From positions 2,232,001-2,296,000 of the forward strand of contig OZ218957.1 in assembly GCA_965112735.1 (NCBI GenBank): 64,000 nucleotides of DNA, read 5' to 3'. The notes beneath the pieces are model-generated. The model did not search any database. It had not been told where the DNA came from and worked only from the letters and a program-made list of their open reading frames with translations. The position numbers and the translations under genes are program-made. Source of the stretch: Phaeosaccion multiseriatum (Eukaryota > Protista > Ochrophyta, other classes). Positions 30,204 to 41,600 of this stretch are shown one piece after another (positions within the stretch are counted from its first letter, which is position 1; each line of letters starts with the position of its first letter).

Positions 30204-30905
30204 CTCACACCCCTCCACAGTACACCTCTTGCGTATCCTCACAGCTCCGTGCCTAATGCACAATCCTCCCTGCTGCGACTGCTTCTCACACCCCTCCACA
30301 GTACATGTCGTCCGCGTCTTCCGCATTCTCGCAGCTTCGTGGCTAATGCAAAGCCCTCCTTGGACCTGCTTCTTCTCGCAGCCCTCCACAGTACACGTCT
30401 TGACCACAGCTCCGAGGCTCAAGTAAAGTCCGCCCTGCTGCGAATGCTTCTCACACCCCTCCCCAGTCCGCGGTTTTTGGATCCCGGCTGCGAGGCAGAG
30501 GGTCTTCTCCTCTGAGAGTTCTTCAACAGATCAACGGGATAAGATATCAGGGTATGATGATGGAAACCTCAGCTCTGAGTGGCTCCTCCCTCACGTTCTC
30601 TCCCGCGGATCGCTGTGGAGAGATTGTCTTCTAGTTCCCCCCCAACGCCTTCAAAACAAAACAAACTCGCCTCAGGAGATGAGGGTCTCACGCCCATCCA
30701 CCGCACACCAGCTCTTGAGTGGCTCTTCCCTCTCGTCTCCTCCCGCACGTTGCTGAAAGACAAGTCTTTGTGCAGAGTATTGCCTGTGAAATGGGAACCT
30801 GTGAAAGGAGAGAGAAAATGAGAAAATGGGAAAGGGGGGATATGGCGCGTCTGGTGCCATCTGTGCTGGCCAAATTTTGCAGCTGAAATTTTGTATTTTT
30901 TTCTT

Positions 30906-31805
30906 CAATCGCACTGCCTATTGACCTAACGACCTGTTCGCCACTCCCGCCTCGAGTGTCGTGTGCATGAGCTCCCTGCTCCCTCCGACGTCAGTCACAT
31001 CGCCATGATGAGTATGGGAGCCTGACAGCAAGAGAGCAGCCCAGCCTACAGCAGCCCCAGCCTGATGGCCTCACAGCCGAAGCCTGAGAACCTCTCCTCC
31101 CCATCCCACAACCGAATCATAGAAGATGCAAGTGATCTAATCAAAAGCAAAGTCAAAGAGGAAAGGCCCCTCTTCGTCTGTAGCTTTGACCCGGCTCATG
31201 CCTTCCGTGCTCCCACCTCCCTGCACAGCCAACACAACACACATGAATACATCCAGAGGGCAACAGCGGCAGAGCAGAGCAGAGCAGAACAGAGCAGCAG
31301 CGAGGGCCCGGCGTACGAGCGACAGGGCGCAGCTGCTTCACACAAGTCCGTGTGTACGGGTCACGTCAAGCACGGGGCAGAATGTCTGAACTCAACCCCG
31401 CTAGGGAATTCACAGGATAGGCACCAGCCTCTATCTAAAGTACTGCTTCTACCAAGAACACTCCCAGCGTCCATCATGGCGGTGGCAAGGCGTGAAAGTC
31501 ACTCGCCCCATTACCCTCCTCCCTGTTGGCTTATTCCAACCCACAACCCCCTGGACAAGACTCGCAGACACTTCCTCCCCTCTCTCTCCTCGTCGATGCT
31601 CTCGGTCTTCCGCTGTCTCCTGCCCCAAGCCTCCGACCTCCAACACCCCCTAGCCCCCCCCCGACCCACCCACACCCACCCGCCCACCCGCCCACCCACC
31701 ATGGTACGATGGTGCAAGCCAAGCTTCACCGTGGCGAAGGTAGGCAGGAGATGAGGCGGACGGCTTCGCGTCACTACATCCCCAGTCCCGAGGTATCAGC
31801 ACCAG
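30906..31805. repeat. Segmental duplication unit (3' flank of the Cys-repeat gene), paired with 33638-34862
   Basis: Near-identical from CAATCGCACTGCCTATTGACC to the gene's last codons. Upstream flanks 30460-30870 and 33010-33401 are also homologous. Confidence 0.9.
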
Positions 31806-32976
31806 CACAAGCCCCTGCCACGCCCCCCACACGCACGCACGCTCGCAGCGCCTTCCGTCCCCGCCTCTTCTTCTCACTCGCCACCACCATGCCCTCCTCC
31901 AGCACCTCCCACTCGTCCTGCTGCTTCTCGTCATCCTCTTCACCCCCTCCTCCCCCTGAGCGATAGCGCTGGTAGGCAGACACAAAGCCTCGAATTGTGC
32001 TCTCCAGGCTGGTCCCCTTCCTCTTGGTGCGCACAGCGTAATGGGGCAGCAGTAACACCTTACTCTGGCCCACATACACCACCACGCCATTCGACAGCTC
32101 CCTATCCCGGTGGCCCCAGCAGGCTATGGCAGCGTCGGCAGCAGCATCTTCCAGCTCTCTCCACAGACCATTGGGAAGCTGAATCTCATCCCCGACATGA
32201 AGCCCCAGCCTCGCAAGCAAACCTACTCCATCCCCATCCTCCTCCGCTGCTTCCTTCTCTTCCTGTTGCCTCTCCTGTCCCTCAACTGAAGGGGGGAACT
32301 TCGCCCTCTTCCTTCCTCCCCTATTGATGTCAGTGGCAGCTCCTCGCTTGGGTTTAGGCGTGCACTGGGCAATCTCCGTCTGCTCCGCTCCCTCCCCTTT
32401 CATTCGAGCATGGCGTGTACACATCCCACCAGATCCACCTTTTGCTTGCTTCTCACACTCCTCCACAGTACACGTCTTTCTCACAGCCCCATGCCTAGTG
32501 CACAATCCTCCCTGCCTCGACTGCTTCTCACACCCCTCCACAGTACACGTCTTTCTCACAGCTCCATGCCTAGTGCATAATCCTCCTTGGACCCGCTGCT
32601 TCTCACACCCCTCCACAGTACACCTCTTGTGTATCCTCACAGCTCCATGCCTAGTGCATAATCCTCCTTGGACCCGCTGCTTCTCACACCCCTCCACACT
32701 ACACGTCTTGCGTATCCTCACAGCTCCGTGGCTAGTGCACAATCCTCCCTGCTGTGACTGCTTCTCACACCCCTCCACACTACACGTCATCCTCACAGCT
32801 CCGTGCCTAGTGCATAATTGTTCCTGCTGTGACTGCTTCTCACACCCCTCCACAGTACATCTCGTCCGCGTCTTCCGCATTCTCGCAGCTTCGTGGCGAA
32901 TGCAAAGCCCTCCTTGGACCTGCTTCTTCTTACAGCCCTCCACAGTACACGTCTTGACCACAGCTCCGAGTCTCAA
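31774..32976 (-). CDS. Cys-repeat (WRKY19-like zinc finger) protein, copy B, uninterrupted; 7 repeats plus a unique C-terminal domain
   Basis: Repeats C-x4-C-x9-C-x2-H (CTVEGCEK...GGLCTRHG). The frame is open up to 33084 but the listed start is TTG, so the true start or an upstream exon is unknown. Confidence 0.75.
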   Translation of the reverse strand: MRLGAVVKTCTVEGCKKKQVQGGLCIRHEAARMRKTRTRCTVEGCEKQSQQEQLCTRHGAVRMTCSVEGCEKQSQQGGLCTSHGAVRIRKTCSVEGCEKQRVQGGLCTRHGAVRIHKRCTVEGCEKQRVQGGLCTRHGAVRKTCTVEGCEKQSRQGGLCTRHGAVRKTCTVEECEKQAKGGSGGMCTRHARMKGEGAEQTEIAQCTPKPKRGAATDINRGGRKRAKFPPSVEGQERQQEEKEAAEEDGDGVGLLARLGLHVGDEIQLPNGLWRELEDAAADAAIACWGHRDRELSNGVVVYVGQSKVLLLPHYAVRTKRKGTSLESTIRGFVSAYQRYRSGGGGGEEDDEKQQDEWEVLEEGMVVASEKKRRGRKALRACVRVGGVAGACAGADTSGLGM

Positions 32977-33637
32977 GTAAAGTCCGCCCTGCTGCGAATG
33001 CTTCTCACACCCCTCCCCAGTCCACGATTTTTGGATCCCGGCTGCGAGGCAGAGGGTCTTCTCCTCTGAGAGTTCTTCAACAGATCAACGGGATAAGATA
33101 TCAGGCTATGATGATGGGAATCTCAGCTCTGAGTGGCTCCTCCCTCACGTTCTTTCCCGCGGATCGCTGTGGTGTTTTTTCTTCTTCTTCCCCCCCAACC
33201 TTCAAACAAAACAAATGCGCCTCAGGAGATGAGGGTCTCACGCCCATCCACCGCACAACAGCTCTTGAGTGGCTCTTCCCTCTCGTCTCCTCCCGCACCC
33301 GGCTGAAAGACAAGACTGTATATTACGTGTGAAAGGGGAGACTGTGAATGGAGACAGCAAAAAAGGGTAATGGGGCGCGTCTGGTGCCATCTGTGCTGGC
33401 CGAAATGAATGAAACGACCCTTATGATGCCATCTCTGCGCTGCCTAAAAGTAACGACTTTAACCGCCCCTCGGATTTAGGCCCCAGGCGCATCAGATGCC
33501 CGCAAGTGTCCGATGCCGAATCTCCCGCGCATAGAGGGATCACTGGAGACCCACAGCCAACCTGCGTCTAATGGCGCACATAGCACGCGCATAGACTGCC
33601 ATGTTCAACGCGAGAGTGAAAAAAGTATTTGTTCAAT

Positions 33638-34862
33638 CAATCGCACTGCCTATTGACCTAACGACCTGTTCGCCACTCCCGCCTCGAGTATCGTGTGCAT
33701 GAGCTCCCTGCTCCCTCCGACGTCAGTCACATCGCCATGATGAGTATGGGAGCCTGACAGCAAGAGAGCAGCCCAGCCTACAGCAGCCCCAGCCTGATGA
33801 CCTCACAGCCTGAGAACCTCTCCTCCATCCCACAACCGAATCATAAAAGGTGCAAGTGATCTAATCAAAAGCAAAGTCAAAGAGGAAAGGCCCCTCTTCG
33901 TCGGTAGCTTTGACCCGGCTCATGCCTTCCGTGCTCCCGCCGCCTCCTTGCTTGCACAGCAAACACAACACACATGAATACATCCAGAGGGCAACAGCAG
34001 CAGAGCAGAGCAGAGCAGAGCAGCAGCGAGGGCCCGGCGTAAGGGCGACAGGGCGCAGCTACTTCACACAAGTCCGTGTGTACGGGTCACGTCAAGCACG
34101 GGGCAAAGTAGTCGTACTTTTACTAGACTGATACCTTATCCTCTGAACTCAGACCCCGCTAGCTAGGGAATTCACAGGATAGGTACCAGTCGGCCCTGGA
34201 AGAGGTTATCAGATTACTGATTACGGCCGGCGCAGCCGGCCTGATTACTGATTACTGCCGGCGCCAGCCGGCCTGATTACTGATTATGGCGCCAGCCGGG
34301 CCTGATTACTGATTATGGCCGGCGCCAGCCGGGTCTGATTACTGATTATGACCGGCGCCAGCCGGCCTGATTACTGATTATGACGGGCGCTAGCCGGCCT
34401 GATTACTGATTATTGGCGCCAGCCGGCCTGATTACTGATTATGACCGGCGCACACTGTAACCTCTTCCAGGGCCGATACCAGTCTAGCAAAAGTACGACT
34501 TCTACCAAGAACACTCCCAGAATCCACCGTGGCAGTGGTAAAAGGCGTGAAAGTCGCTCGCCCCATCACCCTCCTCCCTGTTGGCTTATTCCAACCCACA
34601 ACCCCCTGGACAAGACTCGCAGACACTTCCTCCCCTCTCTCTCCTCGTCGATGCTCTCGGTCTTCCGCTGTCTCCTGCCCCAAGCCTCCGACCTCCAACA
34701 CCCCCTAGCCCCCCCCCGACCCACCCAAACCCACCCACTCATCCACCCACCCACCATGGTACGATGGTGCAAGCCAAGCTTCACCGTGGCGAAGATACGC
34801 AGGAGATGAGCTGGACGGCTTCGCGTCACTACATCCCCAGTCCCGAGGTATTAGCACCAGCC
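33638..34862. repeat. Third, truncated copy of the duplicated unit; only the last codons (GANTSGLGM*) of the Cys-repeat gene remain
   Basis: Aligns to 30906-31805 apart from a MITE and a short inverted duplication; homology stops abruptly at ~34862. Confidence 0.85.
34190..34476. mobile_element. MITE with 19-bp TIRs and internal ~31-bp tandem repeats
   Basis: TCGGCCCTGGAAGAGGTTA...TAACCTCTTCCAGGGCCGA, flanked by TACCAG on both sides; absent from the paralogous site near 31420. Confidence 0.88.
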
Positions 34863-34948
34863 ATAAGATGTTCGGGTCCGCCGCCATCTGTGAAGTTTTT
34901 CTGTAACATCTTTTTTGATCCTCCTTTTTTATCTCCTGCCCGGGCCCC

Positions 34949-37900
34949 ATGGCGCCGCCCGCCCTCTTTAGGAGGAGGACCCCCTTTCCCCGAGCAGGGA
35001 TATGGGCCTCGTCGAGAGGGGGCTACAGCAGACAGCCGCATAGACCAGCGGGGTCGCCAAATGAGGGAGATTTCTCTCCCTGTGGCTTCGATGAACAAGA
35101 AGGCGCACCCGTTGCAAGCGTCGCTCTAGCCGATAGCTCCATCGACTTGTCGGAAGAAGAGGGTCAAGGAGATAGGGGACATACAACTGGGGATGATGAC
35201 TCAGCGGCGAAAAGGGGGGGTGCAAGAAAGGAAAAGAAGGAGGCGCAAGAGGAGATACAGGCACAAGGTACAGCAAAGGAGGATTATATGGAGCTTCTGC
35301 GACTGATCCGGGAACGCCAGAGCGTAAGGAGAGCGGAATGGTCAAAGACCACGACTGAACTTGCCAAAGCTGCGGCCCAAGCCGCTGAGGCAGAGGCAGA
35401 AGCGGAAGCAGCAGCACAACGGACCAGAGCTAAACTTGGCCGATCCGAGGCTGGCCAAGCGGATGAAGCACAAGGCGCAGAGGTTAGTGCTAGTGTGGAC
35501 CATTCTAAGGCCAAAGCAGAGGGGGGTAGGGGTGAGAGATCAGAGATTCCACCCAGTCTAATCTACCTTCGTTATCAGAACGATGCTGCCAGGGCCGTCG
35601 ACTGTGGCATTGGGCCCTCTTCCCATTGGCCATGGTCTGTGTGCTGCCCACCCCTTCCTCCTCTGAGTAGAGCAAAGGACTGACCATCATTCTCTTCGCC
35701 CCCATTGCTACCCAGCAGTTACAGAAAGAGCATGGCCAGAAGGGAGACGCCATGGGGGAGGAGGACGACGAGGCCGAGGAGGAGAAGGGAAAGGACGAGG
35801 ACAAGGGGAACGAGGAGAATGGGGAGGGAAGAGACAGAGAAGGGGCACAGAAGCGGGCTAGCCAGGGCCCAATCGGAGAGAGCACGGGGTGGGGTGGAGA
35901 AGAGAACGACCTTGCACGCGACAATGGCGTCGAGGAGGACTGGAACTTAGAGGGGGGGGGAGAGGAGGAAGAGCACCAAGAGAAGGGGGGGGAGGAGAAT
36001 GAGCAGGAGGGTGGGGAGGAGGGGAAGGAGGAGGAGGAGCAGGAGCAGGAGGGTGGGGAGGAGGGGAAGGAGGAGGGGGAGGAGCAGGACGGTGGGGAGG
36101 AGGGGAAGGAGGAGGGCCCTGATGAGGTCCAAGGTAGTGGAGGGAATGAGGGACACGACGATGACGTGTCTTCAATCGAGTCTGGTGGTAAGTGAATGGA
36201 GGGAGGGAGGGGGAGGGGGAAGGGGGGGCGGAGGGGGAGGGGGAGGGAGGAGGGGTGAGCAGCGGGTGTGCGTGTGTAGTGTGTGTATGGTTGGCGGGAG
36301 TGCGGAGGGAGGAGAGGGTGGAAGGGAAGGGGGGAGGCACCGAGAGAGGAAGACAACCAGGAGAGAGAGAGTGAGAGAGTGAGGGACAGAGAAGAAAAGG
36401 GAGGACGAGAAGAAGAAAGAAAGAGAGGAAGGGTTGGAGGAGAAACAGAGAAGGGAGGAGGTGGAGCGACTGTTTGCCATTCCCAGCCCAAGTGCCCCCC
36501 CCCCTCCATCCACTGCCATCCCCCCCCCATCCACTGCCATCCCCCCTCATCCACTGCCATCCCCTGCCCCCCAGCCTAAGTGCCCCCTCCCCTGCAAAAA
36601 TCCAGTCATCGCACTGCACTATCTTCACTTCCTTTCCTTCCTCTCGGTGTTTTTTTTCATCATTGTTTCTCTTCCCGGCCTCCCTCCAATGCGCTCTCTG
36701 CCATGCTCTGCCATCTCCTGCATGTACCGCATGCATGCGCTTGTGTGTGTGTGCGTGTGTGTGCCTGCCCATCTATGTCTGTCTCCCTCTCTGTCTTTCC
36801 GTCCATCTCCATGTCTCCCCACCTAGACTCCCTGGACTCTCCATCTTCTCAGCATCACCTTCTGCGGCAAGAGGTGCCGGAGTGGCTCCTTGACGCGGGA
36901 GGGCAGGGAAGACAGGCCTTCTTTGACCTCTACAAGTAAGTGTAACGATTGTGAAAATACTAGTGACGTCATCACCATACCCTCAGGGGGGGGAGAACAC
37001 ATGATGACATCACCCTCCTCTCCTCTCCCCTTCCCTCCCCTCCCCTCCCCTCCCCTCCGCTGCCCCTCCCCTCGCCTCGCCTCCCCTCCCCTCCCCCCCC
37101 CACACCCAACAACCCACAATCCTATCACACCCTCACTTCGGTATGGTGCATACGACTGGGATCTATCTACGATCGGCTGCCATCGACTACCATCGGCTGC
37201 CTTCCGCTGCCATCCACTGCCATCGACGGCAGACACGACAACCCCCCTGCCATCTGTCGTACGGGAGAGGAAATCCTCGGCCGTAGTAGAGGAAACAAGG
37301 GCATGTTTGTGAATGGTCAGCCCAATTTGCGCTTCCTTCCCATGCGCCCCGTCTCTGCGGCAGCACTGAGGCAACTGCCCCCGCCTGTGTTGAAGCGAGC
37401 ACCACCGAAGCCCAAATGGACACCCACGATCATAGCCAGTGATACCAAGAGGAAGCGGAAGAAGGAGAAGGAGAAGGAGCAGGAGGAGGAGGAGGAGGGG
37501 GGGGGGGGGAGGAGGAGAAAGAGGGGGGGCGGGAAGGAGGAGGGGAAGGGAAACGGGAAGCGGAAGGGGAAGGACAAGGGGAAGGAGAAGGACGGGGGGG
37601 AGGAAGGGGGGAAAGGGAAGCAGAAGGAGGCGGGAAAGGAGAGGGGGAAGGAGGTGGGGAAGGGACAGGAGCATGAGGCGGGGGAGGGAAGAGGCACTGC
37701 AGCACACAGCCCGCAACATGTGGTGATACAGCAGCAACAACAGCAGGCCGTAAGGACCGCGACGAAGCCCGGAGGAGGAGGAGGAGGAGGAGGAGGAGGA
37801 GGAGGAGGAGGAGGAGGAGGAGGAGGAGGAGGAGGAGGAGGAGGAGGAGGAGGAGGAGGAGAAGGGGGGGTTGGAGGAGGAGGAGGTGAGGAGGAGGCGA

Positions 37901-38541
37901 GTCTTACCAGCGCGCCGGATGCGGCCCTGCGTGCAGACTTTGTTCGTTGCGCGGCACACGATGGCTCTCAGAGGCCTTCGTCTGCGAGAAGGAACTACCT
38001 GCTGCGTTGCGCGCACCAGCAGCTGACGCCTCTACCTGTCGTGACTGCGGCTCTGGTCGATGTTCGTCGGGTGGGGGGAGAGGGGGAGGGCGAGGTGGGG
38101 AAGGAAGGAGGAGAGGGAGAGGGGGGGGCGGAGGAAGAGGGGAAGGGAGAGGGGAAGGAGGGGGAGAAGGTGGGTGATGGAGGGGAGAACGGGAAGGGGC
38201 GGCAGAAGCAGCAGCCGCAACAGTTGGTAATACAGCAGCACCACCACGACGACGACAGCGATTCATCCGATGTCGACGACGACCTGGAGGAGGAGGAGCA
38301 CAAGGCCGCGCGTCTGAGGGAGGCTGAGGAGGCCGGGGACCTCAAGACTGCTCTCATGCTCACTCAGGCCAAGCGGGCGCCGCCCCGCTTCAAAGGGTCA
38401 CTGTCCCTGCGCCACTACTTTGTGGGGTGCAGCAGGGCAGAGGCATTCAAAAAGGCGCTCAGGGCCTTGCCGATGGAGCTAGAGGTGGGCAGGGCTGAGG
38501 TGGGGGGAGGTTATCTTGCTCGCTCGCGCTCTCTCTCTCCC

Positions 38542-38624
<83 letters not shown>

Positions 38625-41600
38625 GTCGATTCATCTCTATCTGTTTCTCCTCCAAAGGATCAAACGCACACAGACACACACACGCACGCTCTCTCTCTTT
38701 TTCTGTACATACTATCTTTCCGCGATGTGCGTGCATACATGTCACAAGCCCCTCCTTCTCCTCCTTCTCCTCCTCCTGTCATACTTTCTCACAACCTATC
38801 AACCCCGCCGCCCTCCCACTCCAGCGAGTGGAGCTTGTGGATGTGGGCGTGGATGACTCAGCCTGTGCGCAGCTCCTCAAGGCCCTCCTGGCGAGGAGCA
38901 CTACAGTGACGTCACTCAACGTCAGCGGCAACCCCCTGGGGAAGCTCTGCATAGAGGCCCTGACAGACCTTGTTAAGGACCCACAGTGCGGTCTGCAGGT
39001 GCGTGCGTGTTCGTGGGGTGGGTTGGTGGGTGGATGGGTGGTGTGTGTGTGTGTGTGCGTGTGTGTGTGTGCAAACACCTCTGTGTGTGTGTGTGGTGTG
39101 TGTGTGTGGTTGTGCGAGTGGTGTGGGTGTGTGTGTATGTGGCTGTATGTGTGCGTGTGCATGAGTGTGCGTGCATGTGTGTGCGCGCACGGACGTGTGT
39201 GCGTGTGCGTGTGTGTATCAACGACCCCGCACTTACTGCGTGCTTGACATTGCTCTACATTGCTCTACATTGCTTGACACTGCTCGACATTGCTTGACAC
39301 TGCTCGGCATTGCTTGACACTGCCCTACATTGCTCGAAATTGCTTGAAAAATTGCTCGACATCGCTTGACGTTGCTCTACATTGCTCTACATTGCTTGAC
39401 ATTGCTCGGCATTGCTTGACACTGCTCTACATTGCCCGACATTGCTTGACATTGCTTGACACTGCCCTACATTACCCGACATTGCCCGACATTGCCCGAC
39501 ATTGCTTGACATTGCTTGACACTGCCCTACATTACCCGACATTGCCCGACATTGCCCGACATTGCCCGACATTGCCCGACATTGATTCCTATGCAGACGC
39601 TTCTGCTCGGAGGTACCAAGCTTGGAGACAACCTGACCGCCACGGTGAGTGAGTGCGTGAGTACGTGAGTGCGTGAGTGCGTGAGAGTGTGAGTGTGTGA
39701 GTGTGAAGGAATGAGTGAGTGAGTGAGTGAGTGAGTGAGTGAGTGAGTGAGTGAGTGAGTGAGTGAGTGAGTGAGTGAGTGAGTGAGTGAGTGAGTGAGT
39801 GAGTGAGTGAGTGAGTGAGTGAGTGAGTGAGTGAGTGAGTGAGTGAGTGAGTGAGTGAGTGAGTGAGTGAGTGAGTGAGTGAGTGAGTGAGTGAGTGAGT
39901 GAGTGAGTGAGTGAGTGAGTGAGTGAGTGAGTGAGTGAGAGAGTGAGTGAGTGATTGAGTGAGTGATTGAGTGATTGAGTGATTGAGTGAGTGAGTGCGC
40001 GTGTAAGTCAGTGCGTGAGTGCGTGAGCGATGTGGAGGGCCTACCACCTCACCATCCGATGCCATCGCACGCAACCAAAAGTCGGAAAAGCTAAAGCCAC
40101 TCCTGCACTACAGCTACAGCAGCCTCATCACGGCTCTTATCACTCACTCGCCCACCTCCTCCCTCAATCCCTCCCTCCCTCCCTCCCTCCCTCCCTCGCT
40201 CCCTCCCTCCCTCCCTCCCTCCCTCCCTCATCCCCTCAGCTGCTGACGGCCCTATACAAGCGCTGCCCCCCTCTATGCGAGCTCAGCCTATGCCGCAACA
40301 ATGTGAGCGGCGCGGCCCTAAGTGACACTATTGGGCCTCTCCTCACGGGTGGTCTCACCACCCTGCGCACGCTGGACCTCTCCTGGAACCATCTCAGCAG
40401 TGCTGCAGGGGAGGAGTTGGGAGATGCCATGGCATGGAATCGGACTCTGACCAGGTAGTACTGGTATATATAAAGGCAAAGGGGGGGAGGGTTCCTGGCT
40501 TGACACACCCACCTACCTTTCCGTATCTGACACTCCTTCCCTGCCGTCCGCTGCCATCCACCCCCCTCAGTATGAACTTGTCGTACAACAACCTCGGTGC
40601 AGAGGGGGCACTCTTCATTGTGGAGGGACTGCAACACAACGCCACCCTCCTCACACTCGACCTTGCCGCCAACCAGGTAGGTTAGGTCTATCTGTCTGTC
40701 GCTCTCTCTCTGTCTGTCGCTCTCTCTCTCTCTCCCCCTCTCTCTCTCTCTCTCTCTCGCTCTCGCTCCTTCTCTCTCTCCATCTCTTCCCTTCCCTTAG
40801 TTGCCACTCTCTGCCCTACGTAGTAACTGAAACTGAACCTGTAAACACCACCACTTCCATGCTCCAGGTTGGCGACGAGGCGGTGGTGGCAGCAGCTCGC
40901 ATCCTGGGAGAGGGCGGGAGGAGGGACAGCAGCAGCATCCAGAGCAGCAGTCCAATGGGCAGCGGTTACGTCGGCAGCACGAGCAAGAAGAGCTGTGCCC
41001 TGCGGAAGCTCTCCCTGCGTGAGAACGGTTTCGGAACGGCAGCAGGGCTGTTCTTGGCGCTGGCCCTGAGCAGGAGGGAGGGGCCGGAAGTGGAGGTGGA
41101 CATCGGCGGCTGCCTCGTGTTTACAGAGAAGGCAAGTTGGGGGTGACGGGTGGGGGGTTGAGGTTGGGGGTTTGAGTTTGGAGTTTTGCGTTTGAGTTTG
41201 AGTTTGAGTTTGAGTTTGAGTTGGGGCGTTGTTGTGTGTGGCCGGTAGTGGGCGGTGGTGGGCGGGGCCTTTCTTTGCCATGCTCCTTCTCTGTTTGCCT
41301 CTCTCCCTCTCCCACTCCCTCTCCCTCTCTTCCTCTCTCACTCCCTCTCCCTCTCCCTCTCCCTCTCCCTCTCCCTCTCCCCCTCCCGCTCCCTCTCCCT
41401 TGCTCTCCTTCGTGTCTTGCCCTAAACATGCGCGCCCGCACCCACCCACCTACACCCATCCACCCACCCACACCCAATCCCCCCCCTATATATATATATA
41501 CTCACACACACGCGCGCACGCGCGAACACACAAACACACACGTACATGCAGCCCTCCTTCTGGAGCGATTACAAAGCATACCTGTCGGCACTGGCCAGGA

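Larger units (their letters stand above)
26617..30530 (-). pseudogene. Cys-repeat (WRKY19-like zinc finger) gene, copy A, disrupted by four retrotransposon insertions
   Basis: Removing the insertions restores 10 repeats of KTCTVEGCEKxxxQGGLCxRHGAV plus one degenerate repeat. The C-terminal region (26617-27250) is nearly identical to copy B. Confidence 0.85.

Noticed and set aside
34212-34451. CRISPR-like array
   Set aside because: The units are contiguous tandem repeats with no unique spacers, lie inside TIRs, and the context is eukaryotic with no cas genes.
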